From contig CM114271.1 of the NCBI GenBank assembly GCA_050084515.1, positions 26,226,001 to 26,290,000 of the forward strand: DNA of 64,000 bases. The letters are read 5' to 3'. The stretch is from Blasia pusilla (taxonomy: Eukaryota). Shown piece after piece: positions 36,262 to 48,275 of the stretch. Under the pieces are notes generated by a model that searched no databases, was not told where the DNA came from, and saw only the letters and a program-made list of their open reading frames with translations. Both the position numbers and the translations under genes were made by a program. Numbering within the stretch: position 1 is the first letter of the stretch; the number at the start of each line of letters is the position of its first letter.

Positions 36262-37243
36262 TGTGATACCTGCTTTTTTTTGAATTTTTGTAAAAGTAGG
36301 ATTTTTAGTTAGAAGAGAGTACTTGTCTTCGCGAAAATAGAGTGAAGAAGACGTGTTTAAGAGAAGTGAAATAAAGAGGAAGAGGATTTGAAGATTCAGA
36401 ATTTGTAGAGTGAACTAGATTTTGAGGAGAAGACAAAGAGGTTGAGAAGGCCAAGGAATCATCTTTGAGGAAAGTGGAAATTGATTGGGATAAACTTCAG
36501 AAACAAGCGAAAGACTTAAGAGGACTTTGCGGTAGAAAACAGAGTGATAAGAGAAAGAAGACAAGACATTTTGTCTTTGCAACGAAGACTATGTAAAGAA
36601 GACAACATACACTCTTGGCGATCTTTGTGACGAAGATTTCCAAATGTTTGGATATTGTACATAGAAGTAGTTGGAATAGAAAAGACACAACAATTGGGCA
36701 AGAAGATAAAAAGGGGTACAATGCTTAGAAAGAATGTTGAGGTTACAGAAAATCAAGATAGATCATTGATGAGAGAGACTGTTAGTAAGATCTTAAGGGA
36801 CATCTTGGTCCAAACAATTGTTCTATATCTCAAGAGCACATCCGACTGAGATTAGTAATTAAGAAGACTCAGAGGATGAAGAACCATCATTCAAGTGAAC
36901 ATATAGATGTTGTTGGAATGATCCAAGCTTAGGAAGAAGTAGGATCTTAAGCTTGAACACTTTCATAGCCGTGCATGTGTTTTTGATGGAATAGTGAGCA
37001 TTCCACTCTTTCATTGTGTAAGGCAATGGTGGCAGTTTGTATCCTTTTGGATCTACGAGATAGAAAGAATTTTCGAGTCCGATTTCTTATAAAGAAAGAG
37101 TGAACAATGCATATGATGTATGAAATTTGTTATACAGAGAATAACCTACCGTGATGAATTGAATTCCAATAGTAGTAAGAGCCATCTAAACATTGTGAAC
37201 TCCTTAAAGCTTTTTCTTTATAATCCATAATCGGATTCGTGAG
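36262..37243 (+). mobile_element. Possible decayed LTR
   Basis: Purine tract AAAGGCAGGGGAGGAGGCA followed by TG at 36262; AG-rich body; ends ...TTCGTGAGA. No TSD verified. Confidence 0.3.
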
Positions 37244-39349
37244 AATATACTCCAAATTTTACTAGAGAAGACACTTCAATGGGAACTAAACGTCCTACTA
37301 ATAAAGGGACTCCCTCCCTCCCTCCGTAGCTCCAATGGTGATAGACGGTGATGGAGGCAGCGGGGCACGATGGTGGAGGCAGCCGAGAACCGAGGGTGAT
37401 TTTGGTCGGTAGGGGGGGACCCCTTCTGTCTCTTCGGGGCCGATTTTGGCTCGCAGGTTTTTGGCTCTCTATGCCCCCCCAAACAAATCATATCTTTAGC
37501 GACCATAAAGTTGATTTTGTCACATTAGAAGACAATAGAGCTAATCCATTCGCACCCTTCCACAAGTAATAATTTTATTTCATGATTGTAATGTAATCAA
37601 TGTAGTTAATCCTCACAAAGTTGTAATTTAAGGTAAGAATTTCATTTCATAATTATAATATGATATATTTAATCAGATTTTAGAAGAGTTCAACATGAAA
37701 AGAAAAAACTATTTCTTCTTTTAGGAATACGCATGTAGCCTTAATAGTCTAGATTCATGATGAAATTGTAGAGACATAAAATATTCACAACCCCAACCCA
37801 AAAAAATGTATAAGATGGCTCATTTTTGTTCCTTTCAAAACATTGAATTCATGTTTCATATAAGACTTTTTTACATGGAGGTGACAATGTCTCATTCATG
37901 TATTGTAGCATTCTATATCATGAACTTTCCCCTTGTTTCCCCACTTGAACTTGAAGTGCTACCAATACAATACAATACAATACATTTTGTGTCAAGGTTG
38001 TAAGTTGTATCCCCTTTCTTCAAAATTGATCCACCTGATCTCTCCACTCATAATTCTTTCCCTTGCGTGCAAATTTTTACGAGAAGCAAATAATAATGGA
38101 TATGTCAAGTTTGGTCATTATGGAGAGGCTTTCAACAAAGATAAATAAAATAAAAAAATATTTAAAACAAATCCTTGAAGAAAGATTCATGAATTCTTGT
38201 AAAGTACCACACGAATCATATGTCACACTTGGACGTCACAAACCTACAAGATACCCTTAGTATGAAGCCAGTCATATTCCTTTGTGATGAATGTCACGTA
38301 AATTTTGCATGAGCCAAAAAGTATTAATTATCAAACAAAGATTAGCTGGGTATAATTATTTTTAGTAGACTCATCGATTTTAATTAGTGGCCCAATTATA
38401 ATAGAGTACACATTTGGAGATGAAGAATTCCATATGAGATTGATCAAAATCTTTAGTAAAACTAGCATCATATGTAAGGAAGTACTTGTAAATCAAGTGG
38501 GATGAGAATATATACATCTTGAAATCTTCTCTAAGCTAGAAATTTTGGAGAATAACCTTATCTTTCCTCAAATTGACTAAAGTCCAAGGAAAAATAAGGA
38601 TATATTAATAGACGTGAGAACCCTGTTCTGTGGTCTACATGTAGAAATCTTTTTTTCCCTTAAACCAAGAGAACATTGTAGATTCATTATGTTACATAGC
38701 ACAATTCATCTTTTAATATTCAAATTTTCCAAACACTCATAGAATAAAGCTATGTTGACCCTAAGTTCTACTTAAATCCACAAAAGCAGAGAATAGTTTG
38801 GGGTTAATTTATGGAAAATGCGATGATCCAATTTTCCGGTAGGAAAACTATTCGAGAAATCCCTTCTTTTTCTAGAATAGAATCCATATCATAGAGGACT
38901 GCGTTAGATTATACCAAGAAAGTTAAATAATTGAGGCAAAGAACGCAAAAATTACCATGCTCTTTCATAATTTCTAATCTTAGCCATCTACAAACTAAAG
39001 GATTTGCTATTTATAGCTTTAATTCTCCATTTTAAGGGAACCTGCCTTAACAACCATCAATATCATATCAATCGGCCTCCACATTGGTTGGATATCACAT
39101 TATCTTGTTATTATTATAATTGTTAGTATATGACAATGTTACAATGATGTATGTTATGTAAAGATGTTTAAGGAAAAACATTATAATATTGGAAATTATG
39201 ATGCGATTCAACTAAAAATCTTGGAAATTAAACCAACTCTTCATTTTTCAACCATTCTTTTCTTTTTTCCTTTTGGGAAAAACTTGAACTTATTAAGGGT
39301 CCTTTTTCATCTATTTCTTGATCAAATCCGATCCTTAGTCATCCAATAT

Positions 39350-42327
39350 AGCACAACAAGAGTGGGTTGTGAAATTTGTACCCCTCGTCAATTTAATAGA
39401 ACTTTAAAATATGTTGAAGAAGCATGGGTGATTTTGGTAGCTAAGTTAGAAAAAAAATTTGATTCTCCTAGTAATTCTCCTATCCAGGTTCAGATGGCTC
39501 ATCTTTTAGAGGAATATAAAGATATTATGCCAAATGAACTTCCATCTCAATTACCTTCTAGAAGATCTTTAGATCATAAAATTGATCTTATACTTGGTTC
39601 GGACATCCCTAATAGGGGTCATGGTCGATGATTGACATATGCTGAATTAGAGGAACTCAAACATCAATTAACTGAGCTTTTAGAAAAAGAGCATATCTGA
39701 CCTAGTGTATCCCCTTATCCAGACCCAATACTATTTGTAGCTAAGAAAGATGGTACTATTAGAATGTGTGGAGATTATCGAGCATTAAATAAGATTACTG
39801 TCAAGAATCGATATTCATTGCCCCTTATGGATGAAACTATGGATAGGTTAGCAAAAGGAAGGTTCTTCACTAAGTTAGATTTAAGATCAGGTTATCACCA
39901 AATTAGAATATCCGAAGGGGATGAATTTAAGACTGCTCGTACGCGCTATGGTTTGTATGAATGTGTTGTGCTACCTTTTAGTCTTACTAATGTACCTGCT
40001 ACTTTTTGTACATTAATGAATGATATCTTTAGAGATTTGTTAGATGTATGTGTGATAGTATATTTAGATGATATAATAATCTTCTCTTCTACTTGGGAAC
40101 AACATATGTTAGATGTTAGAGAGATTTTTGATCGTCTATGTCAAGAAAAAATTATATGTTAAAAAGAGTAAATGTTCTTTTGGACAATCAAATGTAGTTT
40201 TCTTAGAATGTTTAATTAATAGTGAAGATGTTCATCCAAACCATAATAAAATTCAGGTATTATTAAGTTAGCATAGATCCCAAAACATAGCAAAGACTTG
40301 TTCATTCCTTGGATTAGCTACTTATTTCGGAAGACATGTTAAAATGTTTTCTGAAATAGCTAGTCCATTACATGCTCTAACTAGTAAGAAACATGTTTAA
40401 AGTTGGACCCAAGAGTGTGAAATAGCTTTTGAAAAACTCAAAGAAATTTTGAGTACTGAACCTGTATTAGCTCTACCTAATGTAAGAGAATCATTTGAGG
40501 TGCATACTGATGCATCCAATCTGGCCATTGGAGGATTGTTAATCCAAGCTAGGAAATCGATAGCTTATGAGTCCCATAAGTTGAGTGAGACAGAGATAAA
40601 GTGGGTAGCTCATGAAAAAGAAATGTATGGTGTAATATTTTTTTTTAAAGGTGGGAACACTACCTCATTCCAAGTACAGTCACTATAGTAACTGACAATA
40701 TTGCTAACACCTATTTTCAAACCCAACCCAGACTTTCACCAAAACAAGTTAGGTGGCAACTTGAATTATCTAAATACCATGTTATTTGGAAGTACGAGAA
40801 AGGAAAAGAGCATATACATGTTGATGTATTGAGTCGTAAAGTTATTTTGTTGCTCAAACTTTGGAGCAAGAATTGCTTGACTTAGTCGGATCCGCAACTA
40901 AAGTTGATCTTCAGGCAAGAGAGTGGCATCGCCAACAAGCAAGCGATCCTAAGCTTTTGAAATATTTGCAATTTAAAATGGATTGTGGGTTTTTTAAAAA
41001 GATAGAGTGTACATTCCAGATGGAGAAATTAGGACTACGATTTTTAGTGAGTACCATGATTGTATATTAGCTGCTCATGGTGGGCATGAGAAAAATCTAG
41101 ACCGAGTGAAATACATATTTTATTGGCCTTCTTTAATAAGAGATGTTGAACAATATGTAGCTTCATGTATAGTTTGTCAACAAAATAGAGCTTATTATAG
41201 AAAAATGGTTGGTTTATTTCAACCTTTACCCATACCTGAAGGAATTTGGGAATCAATCAGTATGAATTTTGTATTGGGATTACCTATGTCATAGGGTTTT
41301 AATGCTATTTTGGTTGTGTGTGATAGATTTAGTAAACAAGCACATTTTGTTCCTTGTGTAGAGTCAATTTTTGCCAAGCAGACTGCTGGTTTATTTCTTA
41401 CTTATGTATTTAGATTACATGGACTACCCAAAGATATAGGTAGTGACAGAGATATCCGCTATAATTCTGATTTTTGGACTCGGTTGTTCAATAGATTAGG
41501 TACTAATCTGAAATTTAGTACAACATTCCATCCTCAAACTGATGGACAAATAGAGCGTGTAAACCAAGTGCTAGAACAAGGATTACGGAATTATATTATA
41601 GGAGATTAATTAGATTCGTCTTTGCATTTAGCACTTATAGAGTTTGCTTATATTTCCACTCGACATTTTGCTACAGGATTTGAACCATTTGAGATAATAT
41701 ATAGAGGTAAATACCCTCTATTGATACCTATTTCCTTATCTATGTGGAATGAATCAACTTCTCCACAAACCCCCTCTACTCCTGATGTAGATTTGTATTT
41801 AAAATATCAATGGTTTTGTGTTAGATATGGCTAAAGCTAACATGCAGAGAGCTCAACGTCGATACGCAAAACAAGTAAATCAACACCGTCGAGAGATGGA
41901 ATTTGAGGTAGATGATCGTGTATGGTTGAAAACCAAGAATTTTAATTTTCCTTTTGAACAAGTGAGAAAGTTAGTACCTAGATGGGCTGGTCCTTTTACC
42001 ATTATTAGGAAAATTCAAAAGACCGCTTATGAATTGAAATTGCCTCCTCGTATGCATCAATATCATCTAGTGTTTCATGTTTCCTTGCTTAAGGAATTTG
42101 TGGAAGATTTAGAAAGTTTTTCAGATAGAGAACAAAAATGGCATCCGGTATTAGAGAGTTTACCGTCTTTGGATGATATGCAAGTGGAAAAGATTTTAAA
42201 TGACCGCTTAGTGCCAAAAGAAAGTGGTCAATATGAGAGGGAATTTTTTATTAAATGGAAGGATAGAGGAATATCCACTTCCACTTGGGAACCTCAAATG
42301 AAATTACCATGGAATCAAATGAGATAA
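39350..42327 (+). mobile_element. Decayed chromovirus (Ty3/Gypsy) pol: RT - RNase H - integrase - chromodomain
   Basis: [46 protein letters not shown]; integrase H-H-C-C (YHDCILAAHGG ... CIVCQ), DRFSKQAHF, HPQTDGQIERVNQ; WAGPF; chromodomain VEKILNDR...FIKWKD...TWEP. Many stops and frameshifts; gag and protease absent. Confidence 0.92.
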
Positions 42328-43035
42328 CCATTGAAATGTTGGTTGGAAACCAAACAAAAATGGGCCAGAAGGGAGGAGGCCTAAGAAGCGTAGAAGGGAG
42401 AAAAACTTAAGAGATACATATGGTGATAAAGATATATAGTAGTGGGTCCTTAGCAGATCATTGATGAGGGTGCAATGCGGTGGCATGATCAACTGATTCC
42501 CGCACATAGCCTGAGATGGATTTGTGATCATCTACTATATAACTCTATATCATATAGTGCAGTCTCATGGGATACCCAGAAGAAATTTCCCAAGAAATTG
42601 AGTCTAGAAAAGAAAGACAGTTGGTTTGAAGGACGCTTCAACCCCATTATATCCAAAGAAGGAGAAGGATATAAAGCCAAGCATGGTAACCAGTCCTATT
42701 GGCTTAAGTGAACAAGAGTTCCAACCAAGTGTGGTTTGAGTCCCTTTGGTTGAAATTAAGATAATTGAACTCAAGAATAATTATTTTATGCATTATTTTC
42801 AAGAAAATGAGATATATGACTTTATTGTTGAGGCAGTGGGAAAAAGTAACTTAAAGATAAGTTTCCTTCCAAAATACAATTACAGGTTCGGCAAGATTGT
42901 CGAAAAGTTAAGATTAGATATGGAATTGGAATGGGAAATTCCATATCTACTCATTAAACTTTAAGATTGAATCTTCTTAACATTTTCTTCAACATAATCG
43001 ATCTTGGGGTCGAGATCTTTGTTGGTTGGGGAGTG

Positions 43036-44379
43036 TGTCGCAGTGTTTGTACACATGAAATAGTCGATGCGACGCGTCAAGTAAATAAAACGCACACGAC
43101 CGAATAGTCGTCGACTTTTAAGTGCACAGGCATATTCTTAACTTGACTCAGCGATGAAGATTCATACCACAAGTAATTCTCATCATGTAAGTCAAGACTT
43201 GGAGCTTTAGAAGACTAAGCTAGAAGATCCCGCAAGGAAAGTGGTAGTAAGGCCCAATGGGCACTTCATGTAATACTTACGGGGAAATTATAAGTGTTAG
43301 CCAAGGATAAGTATGAAGGCTACACTCCTGTAAAGTAAGAATAAGATTTTTGAGGTTAAAAAGGAAAGATTGAAGATGGAAGTCAATTACGGAGAGTTGC
43401 CGTCCAAAAAGTAACGGTGTCGTTTGAATCTTGTGGACGGCCAAAGAATCTTGGTAAATATTTGTTCAAGAGAAAATCTCAAGGAAAATGGACAAAAATA
43501 CTTGAGTAAAATTGACCAAGTAGTAAGAGTGACCAAGGAAGAGGGAAAAAGTCTCTACCATTCAAAGAGAGCCAAATGGCAAAAGCTCCTTAGAGGAGAA
43601 TTGGAAGGATAAGTTAAAGGAGACTAAAACGCGTTTTGGAGGAGAAAATGGAGATCAAGGACGCGTTTAAAAGCCACGAAGAAGAGTTTTTCACGACACA
43701 AGTTTTCAGAGCGCCATCAGAAACAAAGAGCACGGGAGAAGTTGTCAAGTAAAGGGGAGTCATAAATCTGCTGCATAAAGTTGGAGATAACGTCTTAAAG
43801 CTTTTTGAGAGTTTTATTAGGGACTGCAAGAAGATTGAGACGCCATTGGAAATCTTGGAAGACGAGAGTTCTGTAAAAATTTGAATCATCTCTAGATCGT
43901 TTCTACAGCTCTCATAAAGTGAGGTTGAGTGCGCAGGGGTGCTGCAAAATAGTTGATTGCTGATTGAATTTGTGTACAATCAAGCGAGATCAAGGAGGAG
44001 ATTGAAGAGAGAAATTTCTGAAATCTTGGAGAATCTGGAGACTTGAGGAGATAAGATCAGTGCCTCCCTCAGTTTTCACATTAATTTTTGTTGGGATTGG
44101 AAGAAGAGAGAAAGCAAGGAGTCTTTGAAGCTTGTAGAATGTCGTACGTGTTTGATAGTTGGGTTCTAAAGCCTTGGGTCTTGAGCTTTGATGATGAGAC
44201 TGAGTGGTCTTCTTGTTAAGGAGAACTGAGCCCTGAATTTTGTATCTCAGAGTTTAGATTTATAGTTGAAAGTGATTTGAGTGGTGAGTGGCACGTAGAA
44301 AAGTGCTTTATTACCAAAAGTTTCAATTTTGTCAATAGTGGTCAACTTATCTTGGCGTTTAATAATATTTTCCGTGAAA
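43036..44379 (+). mobile_element. Probable LTR (~1.34 kb)
   Basis: Preceded by PPT-like GGTTGGGGAGTG, starts TGTCGCA, ends CCGTGAAA (decayed ...TGACA?) and is followed by TGGTATCA (iMet PBS-like) at 44382. Confidence 0.5.
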
Positions 44380-44388
44380 TTTGGTATC

Positions 44389-44391
<3 letters not shown>

Positions 44392-44428
<37 letters not shown>
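44392..44428. repeat. (TA)n microsatellite
   Basis: Uninterrupted TA run of ~35 bp. Confidence 0.95.
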
Positions 44429-44433
<5 letters not shown>

Positions 44434-47400
44434 ATACCATACATGTCCACCAAGACCAAAATCAATAATCTGCACACAAAAGCTTTCCGAAGACCATTAA
44501 CTTGATGAACAAATCATATAGACCTGAATTTTGTAAAAACTCTATAAATATAAGGAATGATTTTCCTATGCTTGGTGGTATCAACTTTTTTATTTCTCAA
44601 TCATAATCAAAGAAACCTCAAAGGTTTGGGGTGATACTCTCGTTTTTAAGATTCTCCCATTTATTTCTTTTCCCAAATTCTAATCATAAGTTTTGGTTAA
44701 TTCTATAGATTAGGAATGGAGGAAAGAAAGGATGTGGATTTATGGAAGGTAGGGTAGATATTAGGAAGAGATGGAATCATCAAACTAGGGCACAATTTTG
44801 GAACATGAGATGAGAAAAATGCATAATGAGTCACTCAAAAATGTTGGCAACCACTAGAGGATGAAGGGGATAGAGGAGACAACAAACTCCACCCATCATT
44901 TAGGAGAGCATAATATTGACTCTTCACAATGCTTGAATACGTAATACTAATTTTAAAACTTCAATGTAAGAGTGATACTTATGCAAAATAAGTACTTATT
45001 GTTTTAATTGACATGAATTTAATGGAATAGATAACGGTTAGGGATTTTATATCTTGTATGTGAATATTGTGAAATTAAAGTCATAACCTTTAGATCTCAT
45101 AAGGGACTTAGAATGAAAGGATTTCTATTTTTCATTTCCAAACTAAAATCGTAAACTAAATCACAATAAAAATGCATCGAGGTTATCTCCAATTGACAAG
45201 CATGATATACATATCAATTTGATGAAGTACAACACAACTTTGCAAGTTCGTATTTGGGATTCCACTTCGTGCAAGTGATTTGTGAGTCTAATCTAGTTTG
45301 TGACCATTCCAAACTCACTCACAAAGCGAATGTACAAGTCGTCGCAATTTACGACGCCTTGCCTCAAAAGACATAATTCTTACAATTAAACACTTTGTCG
45401 CTAACAATGTCGACAATAAATTCCCCTTTCACCACTTCTCCATTTTTGCTTGCTTCATTTCTCCCAACATATCTAGACTCCTCTTGTTATTTTGAAACTA
45501 TTTTCTTTTATAATGGAATGAACATTAAGTTTTTTGGGGGGGATTTTTTTTTAAAAAAATTATGTGGGAAGGGATGTAAATGAGTGAGGTTCATAATACT
45601 ACAAATTATTTTTTGAAAATGCGACTCCTAAACTATAACGAAAAAAACAGAGATATCATCCCAATAAATAACTTGAAAAGAAACTAATCTCCATTGTAAA
45701 GACATTTATTCTAGACAAGAGAAGACGAATAGAAAATCATTATTATGCAGTGGGAGAATACCATTACTTTGTCGAGGGCAGAAAACCAACAACTAAACGC
45801 TACATTGTGATTGAGGTTTAGCGGCAAGCGTCCTAAATTTAATTTTTACATGACCTTCTAACAATCAATACGATTACATACACCCACAAAAGTAGTAGAA
45901 AAGGTGTGATAGTTTTCATCTACTTTGCGAAATACTTACAACAGAAATGTGAGTGTAAGAAACAGCCTCTTTCATATCGTGTCGCGCAGATAATTTACAT
46001 TTCGATTTTTCTCTTCTGCATCTACATTACTTCACAGATGACTGAATGCAAGTTCTCACTAGTTTCCATGACTATCAAAGAGTCAAGAGGTATTGTGGTG
46101 TAATTGAGAAATTTTGTTCATTTCAGACTTTACATTTAGGCTACTGATTTGTAGTCAAGTATTTGATAAGGATGTAACCTATGTTTGCACCACACTTTTC
46201 ACATTGAATTACCTTTGCAAGACACTCTTCGTATTCGACTAATCAATCCAAGGAAAATTTTTAAAATTCTCACTAGGATACGGCCACTCAATCCATGGAA
46301 GGTTCTTTTAATTTCTCGCTAGGATATTGCCCATGGATTTCAAACGTTTTAAAACTTAGAAATTCTTTTGATATCTCATCGGAGTATTGCCTATAATCTT
46401 CACCTACTAACTTTCCACTCTTTCCATTCCCCTCTATACCAATCCTCTATTCCAATGTCCTATATTCCAATGACAGTAGCAGCATGACTTGTGGGGATGG
46501 GATAGAGGTATATATTACTAGTAGACCAAAGACGACGCAACTTTCGAAGTGAAATAAGCTCTAGGTACCATGCACCGTCCAAGAGACACTCATCTAGAGT
46601 ATTTGATGTAATCACGATTTTCATTCGCCATTTTTATTTGGTCATTTCAGAAGGTTGTCTTTCCTTTTGAGTTTGCCAATTATCGTGATATAGAAAGCTT
46701 CCCGATTATTGTTGGTTGCTGAAAAACGAATCCAAATCTCTCAGTGCATTTTCCCATTCAAGTAATTACATGCATTATAAACATGTACGCTGGTTACATT
46801 CCGAACAAGACAGTACAATTGCTAAGGTCTCATTCGTACCAAATGAACCAGCCAATTGTTCCTTGATCCTCACAGCAAAGAAGTAGCACTAGTATTCTCC
46901 ATTCCGCAATTTTACTTTGCATGGTACATGAGGAACCGTCCAGATGGATTCTTCTCATTGCAGTAATTCACCTACATTAATGACTGAGCCAGTGCTTCCG
47001 GTTTAAACAGTCCATCAGATTCGTAGTCTCAATTTTGTAGTCCCCACGGTTACACCTTCTATCTTATGTGGAGCCAACACAGGATCCATCATCCTCATGG
47101 ATCCTCTGTTGGCTCCATGGCATTGCACACTGTAGAAGTGGTATCTACTACACGATACTTGGTAGTTTGCTTGGTTCATACTGGAATTCCATCCAGGCCC
47201 ACTTCAGCTTTCAACATGATAAGCTTTGGTCGTCCTGTTCCATATCAGCAAGATAAGCCACAAGTCCAGGTGTCTACTCTTCGCACTCACTATCCTTTGA
47301 AGGCAGATGATTCCCCCAGATAATCTCATTCCTATAGGGTCAGCCCTCAGAGTCCCATGCATGACATCCTCACATCACATTGCCTCATGATTTTTGGAAC

Positions 47401-48275
47401 CATGCATCAATTAATGACAAAAGTTATGTCTTAATGCAAACATAGGCTAGAATCTGTCGGCTGGCACAGTGGCATCTACAGACCAGGGCTCGTGGATTCC
47501 TCAGAGTGGGAATTGAATTTGGTAACTCCTAACCACCTGACCATTGGCACTGAATCCGTCTGTGCCTCAATTCTTCATTAGATACCCCATCCCAGAGATC
47601 TGGCACACGGTGCAAAGAAACATCTCATGGATGACACTAAACCTGTTAACCACAAGAAAGGCCTGGCCAAGCCATCTCTTGGATGGCCCTACACTTGGTG
47701 CCCACAACGTAGTCGCGTCTCCAACTGAGACAAGATAGTATTGCATATGGACAGTCTAATCAGTTTCGTCACAAGTAAACGAGAATCGGCTTGATTGGAA
47801 TTTGATTGGCTGAACCCACACCCAGACAAGATGCTTCACCAATCTTGGAGACCCGATTAAAACAAACGTGAAAAGGAACATGACCATAACTTGATCTCCC
47901 AAACTGTCTATGTAATGATATTTAAACTCTCCTAGTACCACAGCTTGGAGAGCAAGATACCACAGTAGTTTGGAGGCCATTACACCTGGTGACTAGAACA
48001 TGCTAGACATTGCTACCACAGGGCACCACACTGTATAAAAATGGTACTGATATTTGTACCGAAGCCTATTATTTGTGGAGCATTCAAAACTCTTTCCAGA
48101 TCCCACATTGTACATATATTAAGTCTAACTACCCAGCTCCAACCCAAGGAGACACTTTCCCTTCTCAGAGTATCATCTGAAGAAAAAGGAGCATATCCTC
48201 CTCCACTCAAGTGTGACAGAAAGTGGCTGATGGGCCCATCTAAAGTACCAAAATGTACCAAGACACGTCAATACA

